Of a stretch of 64,000 nucleotides of DNA, positions 24,205-37,033 are shown piece after piece. The position numbers and the translations under genes are program-made. Each line of letters starts with the position of its first letter. Within the stretch, counting starts at the first letter, position 1. Source of the DNA: Octopus sinensis (Eukaryota); assembly GCF_006345805.1 (NCBI RefSeq), contig NC_043003.1, forward strand, positions 52,576,001-52,640,000, in the 5' to 3' direction. The notes under the pieces are model-generated. The model did not search any database, was not told the DNA's origin, and saw only the letters and a program-made list of their open reading frames with translations.

Positions 24205-25296
24205 CTGTAAAGTAAGAAATTGAAAAGTTAGAAGTCAATGCATTTTAGAGAAATTATACGTGTATGACTGAGTGGAATGTAATGCTTAGCAATAGATGAT
24301 AACAAAGAATAAGGGAGAACTCAATAATGCATAAGAGTATATTGTATTTGATGGCATAAAAGACACACAGGCATATAAGACACATTCCAAATTAAGTGGT
24401 GCATATTCAGGAAATGCTTTTTGTGCATTGAAGCCTATGGAGACCCAGCTTTGCATATAGGACTCTGAGTGAATTTTTCGGAAACAGTTTTTGAGAAAAA
24501 AAAAAGTACATCTTGTATGTTATAAAATACAGTATATGTTGCGACAGAAGAAGATATGCAAGAGTTTCACTATGTTAAAGTTTCTATGAATTGAATTGCA
24601 CAATCAGAGTAATCTTTCCAAATACATGAATCTTATAGTGAATACTACATGGTCATTATCTCTATACTGCTGCCTTGAATGATAACATTCCTTATCGTAT
24701 ACATAACATCATAATGTGTAGATGGTACTCCTTGGAATTTATGTTATAATTATCTCTGTTGAGCAGAGCAAGAACTATCTAAAGCTTTACTATATAATGG
24801 GTAGATATTCAGTCACACATTGTGATACTTTTGGCAAGTGTCTGCTATAGTAGACAGACATATTGTATATATGCATATCTATCTGTCTGCCTGCATCTCT
24901 CTCTCTATATATATATGAATGTGTAGATACATAGCCAGATGTACACACACACACACACATATGTATAGCTATCAAAGACTTGTGGTCTACAGGTACAGAT
25001 GTGGCTGTGTAGTAAGAAGTTTACTTCCCAATCACATGATTTCAGGTTCAGTCTCAATGCACGGTTCTTTGGACAAGTGTCTTCTAGAATAGACACACAC
25101 ACACATGCACGCGTACACACACATGCATGCACACGCGCACTCATACACACACACGCACTCGTGAAGTTTTGGTATCCAGAAGACCCAAAATGGCAGGTAA
25201 TGCTATGTAAGTGCTAAGGAAGGACTGTAGTTAGACTCCTAATTTGATAATAGTATAAGTGAGGAGTCTAGTGTGGGTCATGAGTGAGCATGTATA

Positions 25297-25573
25297 TGTT
25301 AAATAAAATGAGACAACAAAGCTAAGGCAGTGTGAAATTTCTAGGACATCTATAAAGAGAAAGGTAGTCTTACAGTTGTTTCTGGGATATCCCTCCATCA
25401 GAGACGATATGAGAGAGTTAAATAGAGAGAACTCTACTATTTCCCTCTATTAACTCTCTCATGTAATCTCTGATGATATCCCTCATAACTCTGAAACAGC
25501 TGCAAGACTACCTTTCTCTTTATAAATGTCTTAGAAATTTCACACTGCCTTGGCTTTGTTGTCTCATTTCATT

Positions 25574-25578
<5 letters not shown>
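25297..25578. repeat. Imperfect fold-back (hairpin) element, about 280 bp
   Basis: Arms TGTTAAATAAAATGAGACAACAAAGCTAAGGCAGTGTGAAATTTCTA... and ...TAGAAATTTCACACTGCCTTGGCTTTGTTGTCTCATTTCATTTAACA pair almost to the centre (about 25437). Confidence 0.85.
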
Positions 25579-25631
<53 letters not shown>

Positions 25632-25632
<1 letters not shown>

Positions 25633-26109
25633 TTCACTGATGTGGCTGATGACAGCACTGCCTGACTGGCATCAGTGCTAGTGGAACATTAAGAACATCA
25701 TCCAAGCAAGATTGTTGCCAGGGATGCTGACTGGTACATAAAAAGCACCATTAGAGTGTGATCGTTACCAGCATCACCTTACTGGCACTTGTGCTGGTGG
25801 CACATGAAAACCAACATTCAAGCAAGGTCGTTGCCAGTGCTGTTGGATTGGCTCCTGTGCAGGTGGCATGTAAAAAAACACCATTTGAGCATGGCCATTG
25901 CCAGTACCGTCTGACTGGCCTTCGTGCCAGTGGCACATAAAAGCACCCACTACACTCTCGGAGTGATCGGTGTTATGAAGAGCATCCCGCTGTAGAAACT
26001 CTGCCAGATCAGATTAGAGCCTGGTGCAACCATCTGGCTTGCCAGTCCTTAGTCAAACCGTCCAACCCATGCCAGCATGGAAAGCGGACGTTAAACAATG
26101 ATGATGATG
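25632..26109 (+). mobile_element. RTE LINE 3' UTR fragment inside a (CA)n tract
   Basis: Family subrepeats and (GAT)n tail; (CA)n on both sides. Confidence 0.85.
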
Positions 26110-26353
26110 ACACACACACACAAGCATATACCTATCTAGTTAATGTATACAACACAATATTTGTTACTATTTTAGATTCTCTGAATAAAAAAAAACTTTC
26201 TTTAGAATAAAATGAGCATTAAATGAAGAGCCAGCACTTCAACATATCAACAGAAGAGAATATGTTTATAACTTAATGATAGAAAGATGTTGCATGAAAA
26301 GTATTATATGTTAAAGTTTTTAAGCTGACAAAAGAAAAATTATTTCAACTAAC

Positions 26354-27290
26354 CTGCTGATGTGAATATTGAACAAAAGAAGTGTCTTTTAAGAAGTCCA
26401 CAATCTTATGTTGTCTTTCCGATTGTTTTTGGGACATTAATAAACCAATGTTGGGTTGGATATTTTTCTGCTTTTTCTTTATTATTATAGCATCTTGTTC
26501 ACATCGAGCCTTTTGAAAGCTAATTAAATTTTCAGATTTGGAAAATTCTGAATTCTTGTTTTCAACGTTGGAAGCTACAGTGGAAGACAAGAGAGATGGA
26601 TCATTTTTTTCAGGATTTATATCACCACTATTAATATTCCAATGAATTTTGTGATCTTTTATAGGTAATTCCTTACTTTTATTTTTCTGATGACAAGGTT
26701 TACTAAGTCCAGTTTCTGAATTTTCTAGACTGTTTTGAGGGTAATTAGGATTTTGCTTTTCATGGTACAAAGAAGCTGGATTTGTTTTTCTCATTTCAGT
26801 ACCTTCAAAACTTTTTGAGGCTAAACGTTTTCTTGTTATTTCATTAATATTACATGGAATTACATTTTCAGGTTTCTTTTTTCCAGTTGTATTTGATGAT
26901 AGATCTTGACAAGAAAATGATTTGGAAGATTTTATATAAGGCAATGTAACTTTGTCTGCAGCTGTATCACCAGAAACTTCCGAATATTCAATATCTGATG
27001 CATCACTTTTGTCAGAACTTAGTGTTGTACTCATGTCTGTTGGAAGTGATTTGAAATTACTACTGTTATTTGAACAAATGCTTTCTCTAGAACATGATGT
27101 GCAAGCTGAAGGTTGACAACCTTTAAATATTGGTTTGTTCATTGATTCTTTATCTTTATTGTCCAAGATCGATCTTGCTTTAATATGTCTTTTACTGTCT
27201 GGCAGTGAAATGCCTGTTTTACGATAAGGAGTTCTGAAGTCAGATATTTTTGTGTTCTGTGCTATGATAGCAGTAGATTTCACAGAATGG
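26354..27290 (-). CDS. BRCA2: BRCA2 exon (937 bp, phase 2 to 0), counterpart of human exons 14-15
   Basis: Long open frame; acceptor CTTGTCTTTTCAG|, donor CAG|GTTAGT. C-terminal ARCEQDAIIIKKKQKNIQPNIGLL...YSHQQ resembles the start of the helical domain (human ...IKKKQRQRVFPQPGSL...CSHKQ, from memory). Confidence 0.85.
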
Positions 27291-28407
27291 CTGAAAAGAC
27301 AAGTGTAATTCATATATGATACTTTACAATAACTTTTTAGTAATTTAAGGTAATTTAAATAATTTTAATCAGGAAAAAATTCCATGTAGAGCTTTTCATA
27401 ATTTTTAGCATGCTTAATAACTTAATTACTATTATTTTATTAGTAATGAAAGAAGCTTACAAAATCCATACTTTGTGTTATTTGAAGTACAACCATAGAA
27501 AAATACCAAGGCATACCTGTTGCATGAAAACTGAATAGCAGAGAGGTAGCCAATGTACTTAACACATAAAGCACGATTGGCCATGATTGTGGCCATCAGG
27601 CACTTGTCGACAGACCATAATCATGGCCCAGATAGATGCATTTAATTTATGGGCATTTATTGGGGTCTACTGTCACTCAAACGTACCAATACCCACCAGA
27701 ATGCAAGATGACTATTAGTTCAACTATTATATACTAAGAAGATATTTTAACTATTTTTTTGTGTTTTCATGTGTGCATGGTAGTCTCATTTTCATAAAAT
27801 GTGTTCAGCAGTCCATGCTATGTAAATGCAAATTCCAATGCTTTATGGGTTAACAGAATAATCCAAGAAATTTTAATAAATTAAAATAACACACTGGTTG
27901 ACAAGAATAATCCTTATCTGAATTACTAATTCTGGTAAAAAGGGTAGGGGTCATAAATTTTAATTAATGAAAGTTATCTAGGCATGGTTGTATGGTAAGA
28001 AGTTTGCTCTTGTTGGAGTGTTGGGTGGTTTGGTGGTAGTGGTGGTCAACTGAGGTCCATCAATTGTAGCAATCATGTGTGCGAGGGTATATAGCTCAGC
28101 TATGTCTGTAGCCATGACAACTGTTGCACTATTTCCTGTGCCACACTTAAAAAATATTGTTGCTCAACCACTGCAGCTTGTACTGCATCTGTATATAACT
28201 TCTGTCTGGCATCCTTTTCTGCAGGTTTGAGCTGGGATATAGATTTTTGCAGGTGTGGTTGCTTCTTTCATTGGGTGAGTGATGGATTTTGCTCCAGCGC
28301 TGGATGTGCAAAGTGGCAGTTTGTCTCACTCCTTGTATGCCAGCAGACACCTCTTTTGTGGAACTAGCAGATAGACCTTTTACATATACATACATTCATA
28401 TATATAT

Positions 28408-28450
<43 letters not shown>

Positions 28451-28519
28451 ATATATACACACACATATATACATATATATATATATATAAATATGTACAC
28501 ATATATATATACATATACA

Positions 28520-28557
<38 letters not shown>

Positions 28558-28569
28558 CATACATACATG

Positions 28570-29075
28570 TGGAGGTGCGTGGCTTAGTCGTTAGGGTATT
28601 GAACTCATGATCATAAGATTGTGGTTTCGATTCCTGGATTGGGCGATGCGTTATGTTCTTTAGCAAAACACTTCATTTCACGTTGCTCCAGTCCACTCAC
28701 CTGGCAAAAATGAGTAATCTTGCGATGGACCGGCGTCCCGTCCAGGTGGGCAATTTCTATGCCACTGAAACCGGCCACTATGAGCCTGGCTAGGCTTTAA
28801 TAGGGCGCATTTATTATTGCAGAGGCACGTGGCTTAGTGGTTCGGGTGTCAGCACCATGATCGTAAGATTGTGGTTTCGATTCCTGGACCGGGCAACACA
28901 TTGTGTTCCTGAGCAAAACACTTCATTTCATGTTGCTCCAGTCCACTCAGCTGGCAAAAATGAATAATCCTGTGATGGATCAGCATCCTGTCTAGATAGG
29001 GAAATTATGTGCCATGGAAACCACCAAACCAGCCATTATGAGTCAATGTGACTTGAGAAGATAGCCTCTACCTTA
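28570..29075 (+). mobile_element. Tandem pair of SINE C copies
   Basis: Two homologous tRNA-headed units at about 28570-28812 and 28821-29075. Confidence 0.7.
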
Positions 29076-30264
29076 CCTTTTTGCACATGAGTTCTACAGC
29101 TGAATGCTCTTCCTAACGCCAACCATTTTATTGTACATGCTGGGTGCTTTTCTTCATGCCACCAGAACTAGTGAGGGGGTGTGGGTTTATGCTAGGAGAT
29201 GAGTGGGTTAAAGTATGAGAGGTGCAGGGGTGAGAGGAGCAAGTTCTTGCAGTGAAGCTATGAAGAGATAAATGATGGTAACGAGGTATCCAGGAGGCCC
29301 CACAAGGTATGAGGTGAACAGAAGTGAGTGGAGACAGAACAGCCAGGAGTGAAAATGGGTGGGTGGAGGTTTGCATGAGTATAAGGGGGAGAGAAAGAGA
29401 GGTAGGTAACAACTATATAGACTGGGTAGAGTTGAAGGGTGGATGTACGGAGAAGTGGATAAAAGGAGGATGACAGAAGGATGCAGAAGAGTAAAGAGCA
29501 GGGGGTGGGGTGGAAGCAGAGCAGGGGGTGGGGTGGAAGCGGAGCAGGATAGTAATGATGGTACAGTTAATTAACAGGGGAGGATGACAGGAATGATAGG
29601 TGGGTTGGGTAGACTGTAGGAATGGAAAAGGAGAGAAGCAGGTGTAAATGTGTGAAGAGAGGTAATATGGTGATTAGTGAGGTGGGTGAAGAGAAAAGTG
29701 TTAATGGATAAAGAAGTGTTAAGAAGTGAAATGGTTCCAGGTAACAACAAAAACAAAATGATATCAAGGGAGAGGTGCAGTGAAAAAAGACGACAGATGG
29801 AGCAGAGATAACAGGATATGAGAGGAGATTGATTGGACGAAGCTTATCCAAACTGTCATTCAATACTGTGTGGCTGCTGTTAGAGCATGAACAGTTTAAG
29901 CATTTGTATGGTACATGATGCCTTTAAATCATGTTCTTTGTCATAGTCATGATGTAGTGTAGTGGTTACTTTTTTTCTTCATATGAATACAGTTTGTATT
30001 AGCTGAAAAGAAGGATGTTCAAAATAAGACACTATTCTTTTTGTTCACTTCTCCAAAACAAAACTAATACAGTTGGAAGCTTTTCAAATCCTGTCTTGCT
30101 CACACACTGCATTAAATTAATGATGAAAACAAAGATAAATCTTTTGAGAATATGTTCTCAGCCAATCGAAACACTCAGAGAAGCCGGTTGTTAAAATCAA
30201 AATAGTTATTAACCATACAAATTATTAACCACACTAAAAAAAAAAAAGTATATCAAATTTCAGG

Positions 30265-30920
30265 GCTCTGCTGTGTGGTAGGAAGCTTACTTCCCAACCA
30301 CATGGTTTTAGGTTCAGTCCCTGATATTTTGGGCATCTTCTACTATGACCCTAGGCTGAACAGAGCCTTGTGAATGGATTTAGTAGATGGAAACTGAAAG
30401 AAGCTTTAAGGCGGCGAGCTCGCTGAAACGTTAGCATGCCAGGCAAAATGCTTAGCAGTATTTCGTCTGCCATTACGTTCTGAGTTCAAATTCTGCCGAG
30501 GTCGACTTTGCCTTTCATCCTTTTGGGGTCGATAAATTAAGTATCAGTTACACACTGGGATCGACATAATTGACTTAATCCCTTTGTCTGTCCTTGTTTG
30601 TCACCTCTATGTTTAGCCCCTTGTGGGTAATAAAGAAATAGGAAACTGAAAGAAGCTCATGATATGTGTGTGTATGTATATACATGTGTGTGTGTATGCA
30701 TGCAGGTGTGTGTGTGTGCGCGCGCATGTGTTTGTGTTTGTCCACCCACCACTGCTTGATAACTGGTATTTGTTTGTTTACATCCCTGTAACTTAGTTGT
30801 TTGGCAAAAAGAGACTGGTAGAATAAGGATTAGGCTTAAAAATAAGTACAAAAGTTGATTTGTTCAGTTAAACCCTTCAAGACCCCAGCACAACTACAGT
30901 CCAATGACTGATACAAGTAA
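30265..30920 (+). mobile_element. SINE A interrupted by SINE B (30408-30642)
   Basis: GGAAACTGAAAGAAGC appears on both sides of the SINE B insert, as a target duplication would. Confidence 0.75.
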
Positions 30921-30997
30921 AATATTTTAAAAAAAAATAAGAGCTACTTAGAAATTTGCCAATGAAATGAAAAATACTCAAATGAAATTATCTTTAC

Positions 30998-31079
30998 CTC
31001 GTTGTTCCTTGGAAAATGTTTGGTGAAAGTAAGGACTGGAAATTACAGTCCTTCTTATCTGAACTAAAATCATGGAACT
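30998..31079 (-). CDS. BRCA2: Putative BRCA2 exon (82 bp, phase 1 to 2): QFHDFSSDKKDCNFQSLLSPNIFQGTT
   Basis: Acceptor TTGTTTATTTTAG| and donor GAG|GTAAAG; supplies exactly the 1-to-2 phase shift needed between the 36211 donor and the 27290 acceptor. Confidence 0.62.
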
Positions 31080-31259
31080 CTAAAATAAACAAGTGTAGAA
31101 AATGAATAAAAATAAAACTGAAAATTAGTAACAGATCAAAATGTCTGAAAGAAAAGTAGATAGTTATGGATAAAATCTAAGAGAAAGAGGCTGTTTGTAA
31201 AATACTATATACTGTACAAACCAGAATAATTGAATATAAAAACATGAAAAAAAAGTATT

Positions 31260-31945
31260 TTAATCGTTTGACACCAATTAGCCTGAAGCCAGTCTTGGTT
31301 ATATGATACAAAGTCTCTGTTTTAAAGGAATCTTAATCAAAACCTTCCATCAGAAATTCATATTAAGGTGGCGAGCTGGCAGAAACATTAGCACACCGGG
31401 TGAAATGCTTAGCGTATTTTATCTGTGGTTACATTCTGAGTTCAAATTCCACCGAGGTCAACTTTGCCTTTTTATCCTTTCAGGGGTCGATAAATTAAGT
31501 ACCAGTTACGCACTGGGGTCCTTGTTTGTCCCCTCTATGTTTAGCCCCTTGTGGGCAATAAAGAAATGAAGGCAGGGAGCTGGCAGTATCATTAGCATGC
31601 CGGGCGAAATGCTTAGCAGTATTTCATCTGCCGCTACATTCTGAGTTCAAATTCCGCCGAGGTTGACTTTGCCTTTCATCCTTTCAGGATCGATTAAATA
31701 AGTACCAGCTACGCACTGGGGGTCGATATAATCGACTTAATTCGTTTGTCAGTCCTTGTTTGTCCCCTCTTTGTGTAGCCCCTTGTGGGCAGTAAAGAAA
31801 TAAGAATTTCATATTGATTTATATTTCAAACACCAGTCCAATAACGACAAAGTTATTTTAATAAATTCTTTATTATTTTCAAAATTAAATGAAACAAAGA
31901 CTGAGTTTTAAGAGAAATATAGTAACGAAAGGATGAAGAAGAACC
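31260..31945 (+). mobile_element. TTAA-type MITE split by two tandem SINE B copies (31366-31568 and 31570-31803)
   Basis: Flanking halves are homologous to the intact MITE at 54572-54797. Confidence 0.65.
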
Positions 31946-32481
31946 ACATTTTGAAACTTCAGTATATCAAATTATATTATATGTTCCAAATACACATAAT
32001 ATTGCTATAGAATAAAAAACGGAGGATACACCCTAAATTCTTGGTAGCATGTTGTAGGTATCAGCTTACTTCAGTTCTGAATTTTATCAATTTCTATCAT
32101 GCATTAATCAACTTCATTATACTGAAATTCTATAAATATTTATGATGTCTTTGGAGAATTACATTTAAAATGTTTAGAGTAAGTCAGTGTTAAGAAACAT
32201 AGCTACTGCATTCTCTGGTTGCTAAGCTTCAGAAAAATTTCAGTCACTGTTGGGCTTAAAGGATAGTTTAATAAGCAAAAGAATGTCCAAATTACTGTTA
32301 CTTAATTTTTGTAGGCTGGTTCATATTAAGTATCTTAATTCTGTGAACAGTAAGAAACAGTAGCTACTTGAAATTAGAATAGTTTCTCAACAGCTTGAAG
32401 ATTTTCTCTTAAATCAAGTATTTCTTGTATATATAATCATTACCAAGAATTGGGTTCTCTTTAGGGTTAGTGAAATATCTC

Positions 32482-32716
32482 TCTCTTTTTACTCTTTTAC
32501 TTGTTTCAGTCATTTGAGTGCGGCCATGCTGGAGCACCGCCTTTAGTCGAGCAAATCGACTCCAGGACTTATTCTTTGTAAGCCTAGTACTTATTCTATC
32601 GGTCTCTTTCGCCAAACCACTAAATTACGGGGATGTAAACACACCAAAATCGGTTGTCAAGTGATGTTGGGGGTGGGGACAAACATAGACACACAAACAT
32701 ATACACATACACATAT

Positions 32717-32749
<33 letters not shown>

Positions 32750-32913
32750 CAACGGGCTTCTTTCAGTTTCCATCTACCAAATACACTCATAAGGCTTTGG
32801 TCAACCCGAGGCTATAGTAGAAGATACTTGCCCAAGGTGCCCCGCAGTGGGACTGAACCCGGAACCATGTGGTTGGTAAGCAAGCTACTTACCACACAGC
32901 CACTCCTGCACCT
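32482..32913 (-). mobile_element. SINE family A
   Basis: Reverse complement of the family consensus. Confidence 0.85.
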
Positions 32914-35900
32914 GTTTACATTTTGTGCAAATGTCTCACTGCCACACATCATTTTGTTTTTGCATAATAGAGTTTGCTTATGTACTCAACATAAAAAAAA
33001 AGGAAAAAAAAAAAAAGAAAGAAAAACCCATCATCATTTAGCATCCATTTTTCATGCTTGCATGGGTCAGATGGAACTGGTTGAGATAGATTTTCTACAG
33101 TCTGATGCTCTTCCTTTTGTCAAACCTCATGTTTCCAAACAAAGAAATGTTGTCCCATATCTAGACATGTTTTTTTTTTTTTACAGAAGACTGGAAATGA
33201 ACAACCTTGCTTGTATGATGATGATGATGATGTTCATTTACAACCATCATGTGATGTCTAGACAAAGGTACACACACACACTGTGAGCTGTTTTCAGTTT
33301 CAATCAATAAAACTTATTTACAAGGCACTGACTGGCCTAGGGGTCATAGAAGAAAATACTTGCCCAAGGTGCTGTGGGACTGAACCCAGACCCCATGATT
33401 GGGAAACACAGCCATCCATATTAGTTCCAATATTTTTAAAATAATTTTTTTTTTCATAATTCTTATTTTTATTAGGAAATAGAGCAGTGCTTATGACCTT
33501 TATAGACATTCTTAAAAGGGAAAAGTTATGGTCAATGTTAGCTTAGAACCTCAAAATGCTTGCTTGATCTACAAGGAATAGCAGCCAAATATTTTACAAA
33601 TCACACTCTGATGTTTCATGTAAGGACAGAACATCAGACAATGTAATCCTACGTGCTGTTAAAAGCTGAGATAAACATAGCTGAAATGAGTTTTATCAAT
33701 GATCTGTTCAATTAGAATTGATTTGGGGTTAAATAACATAAGAGACAACAATATGAACAAGGAAGGAATAAGATGTTTGGCGTGGGTTTTGAGTTGTATG
33801 ATAAAGAAGATAAAAGAAAAGTCCAGTGTATCAGGTGGGCTTGTGAGAGATGGTGCACAGACCGATATTTCAGTGAAGCAGAAGCTGTAGTAATAGTACA
33901 AGCAGTAAAGAGAGGAAATAGCTTATCTGTGGGATAGAGGATTGTATAATGGAGCTGATTAGTCAAATGAATTTTTCTTCAGATGCCGTCTGCAACGCCT
34001 GTGTATGTAGCACCTTCAGTCCCAGATAGATCAGTAGAACTCAACCGTATGTTGCACAAAAGCAATGTAATGAGTAATCAACTGATTATGGCTCAAGTAC
34101 GTCATGATACTCAAGAGGAAGCTCAGACATCATCAGATGTTGTGAAGGCTAGCCTTTGTAGTTGATTTTTAAGGGTTTTAGCTTTATATAATACATAGTC
34201 AACCTGTAAAACTGTTTCCTTGATATGTGTAGCGATGTGTCTTTTCAAAATTTTGCCATAAAGGCATAACACAGAGGGAGTAGCTTGCGGGCTGGACGAA
34301 AACATCGATGAGATGAGTGATGAAAAAGGATGATATTGATGGGAGAAGACAAAAGACACCTGGCGATCTTTTGCTTCTCTAAAACATTATTCTGTTTTTT
34401 TTTTTAACACAGTAAAAAGAATACAAGGTATTAAACCTCTTACTTTAGTTCCCATAGTTCATTATAAATTGAGGCACTGAGCCTCTTACAAACAATAAAC
34501 TCAAAACAAAACAAGAAACTGAGGCATTAAACCTCTTACTTTAATGGTGATACACAATACGAGTCACTAAGCCTCTTAATAAATGCGCCTTGCTAATAAT
34601 GAACAAGGTTATGTCTGGGTTAAGTTCCCTTTGGAAGATGCTTTTCACATCTCAATTCACTCAAGACACTGCATACAGCATGAGAAGCAGTATTTTACTT
34701 ACTAAGGTGGTGAGCTGGCGGAATATAAATCCAAGGGAAATGACGACTGATGGCATGAAAAAGGAGAGAGTATGAATATGAGTGTTACAGGGGAAACAGA
34801 GTGAAAGGATAATAGGGAGGGAAATTATGGATTAGAGGTACTGTTAGTTACACACTGGTAGTGGCAGGGGGCTGAGTAGAAAAGACACAGCATGAGCAGT
34901 ATGTTAGGATAGCAATAAAGATGTATCATGTCATTGAGAGCGTGATGGCTAGTAACAGAAATGGTTGACAGGAGGAGTGGTAGATGACAGATAAGAGTCA
35001 CATAGGAAAGAGAATGATAGTTGTATAAAGGGTGATAGAATATAAATAGATCTGAGGTCAGCATTCACTATTGCTCATTACACAGGGTTTGTAATGCAAA
35101 GGAGGAAAGAAAAAGTAGAAGAATGGGAGTGACAGTGAGATAAAAGGTAGGGTGATAATGAGTAACAGTACAAGGATTTGTGAAGAGCACAGAGAATGGT
35201 AGGTCAGAAGGTAGTAAGTAGAACAAGAGATGAAGACATAGGACTACACTGGACAAGAGACCCAGTAATACAATATATCCCAACCTCTATCAACATATTT
35301 TAGCTGTTTTGCCATGCTTGCACTTGAGAACAAGTCTTTTCCAGCACAGTGTGTCACAATCATGGTTCTCTGTCATCTTTTTAAGGTTCAGCTTCTTGAG
35401 ATCATGCATAACTACTTTGTTCCATGTCTCCTCCCACAGGTTCCATTCATTTCAAGTATTCAACAGACATCCTCCATATGCATCACATGAGCATATCAGC
35501 AGTCTTCTCTCTTGCACACAACATCTCATACTTCTTATATCCAGGTTTACTCTCAGCTCACTTGTGCTTCATAATTCCTGCATACTAACATCTTTACAAT
35601 ATGTGGACCATGTTTGCTCCAGTTTTCTTCCAGCCGTACAGGTCTGTATTTAAAACCTAACATCCTGTTGCTATCATCATTGCACTTTGGACACAAGCAT
35701 CATACCAGCAACCCTTCATTGCCAACTTTCATTGTGTTGACAGCATTTCTGTACTGGCTTATATGACCCTCATAAGCCATTTGTCTATCCCTAACTTCCT
35801 TAGTGATTACTAAAAGCATCTTATATATTTGATGATATAAGATGATCTTTTCTTCAAAAAATGTCTCAAAAAAATCACCCGGGGTACTAAATACGAAGTT

Positions 35901-36210
35901 GCTTTAAATATTACATGCTTTAATGCACTAAAAAAATTTTTTTCTTGAATATGCACTTTTGACATTGAAGTGCAACAAATATATCCATGCATCTTTAATG
36001 CCATCAAATAAGGTAATTAGTCCATAATTACTGAAAAACATTGCCACATTTTTTAATAAAGAATACTAAATGGCTGAACAAAGTATTTTCGGAGGTATTA
36101 ATTTATCTGGCTGTCATTATATTCTTTTAATCTATGAATCTTACAGAAGCAATCTTGATTTTAAACACAATTGTAAACATTCACAACAATTAAAAAATGT
36201 ATTTATTTAC

Positions 36211-36291
36211 GGATAGGATCTGTAACCACAGGAAGAATTCTCTGCCGGTCTTCAGTTTCATGTGAAACAGAGGGTTTCCAGATAGCAGAAT
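36211..36291 (-). CDS. BRCA2: Putative BRCA2 exon (81 bp, phase 1 to 1): NSAIWKPSVSHETEDRQRILPVVTDPI
   Basis: Acceptor CATTTTCAG| and donor C|GTAAAT; open frame; continues the phase-1 donor of the BRC exon. Confidence 0.6.
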
Positions 36292-36384
36292 CTGAAAATG
36301 TTTGCATTACATTACTAACTTGTATAATTTGATAAATAAAACCAACAAAAATCACATAAATTTAAATAATTGTTCAAAACATAG

Positions 36385-37033
36385 ATCATCATCATCATCA
36401 TCGTCGTTTAACGTCCGTTCTCCATGCTAGCATGGGTTGGACGGTTCGACCGGGGTTCTGGGAAGCCAGAAGGCTGCACCAGGCTCCAGTCTAATTTGGC
36501 AATGTTTCTACAGCTGGATGCCCTTCCTAACGCCAACCACTCCGTGAGTGTAGTGGGTGCTTTTTACGTGCCACCTGCACAGGTGCCAGGCGGGGCTGGC
36601 AACGGCCACGGTCAGATTGGTGTATTTTATGTGCCACCGGCACGGAAGCCAGTCGAGGCGGTGCTGGCATCGGCCACGAGTCGGATAGTGCTTTTTACGT
36701 ACCACCAGACCAGGGATCCTGGCTGGTTCAATTCGATTTCGATTTCGCTTGCCCCAACATGTCTTCACAAGCAAAGGGGGTTGGCAAGGGTGCCTGTCGT
36801 ACGGTCGCATTGGAGTATTTTACGTGCCACAGCCACGAGTCGGATAGTGCTTTTTACGTACCACCAGACCAGGGATCCTGGCTGGTTCAATTCGATTTCG
36901 ATTTCGAATTGAACCAGCCAGGATCCCTGGTCTGGTGGTACGTAAAAAGCACTATCCGACTCGTGGCTGTGGCACGTAAAATACTCCAATGCGACCGTAC
37001 GACAGGCACCCTTGCCAACCCCCTTTGCTTGTG
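36385..37033 (-). mobile_element. RTE LINE 3' fragment whose 5' end is a fold-back palindrome
   Basis: (ATC)n tail at 36385, family 3' UTR, then a duplicated segment and its inversion. Confidence 0.88.
36766..37033. repeat. Perfect inverted repeat, 130-bp arms and 8-nt loop
   Basis: 36766-36895 is the exact reverse complement of 36904-37033; loop TTTCGATT. Confidence 0.96.

Noticed and set aside
27517-27530. 14-bp candidate microexon (TTCAG|TTTTCATGCAACAG|GTATGC)
   Set aside because: It is phase 0 to 2, which does not fit the chain; the 30998-31079 exon already supplies the needed phase change.
33980-35890. ORFs 33983-34165 and 34123-34359, and a TPGDFFETFFEEKI segment near 35850 (piggyBac-like)
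   Set aside because: Short, with stops in neighbouring frames and no confident motif or splice-phase fit; probably decayed TE sequence but not classifiable by eye.
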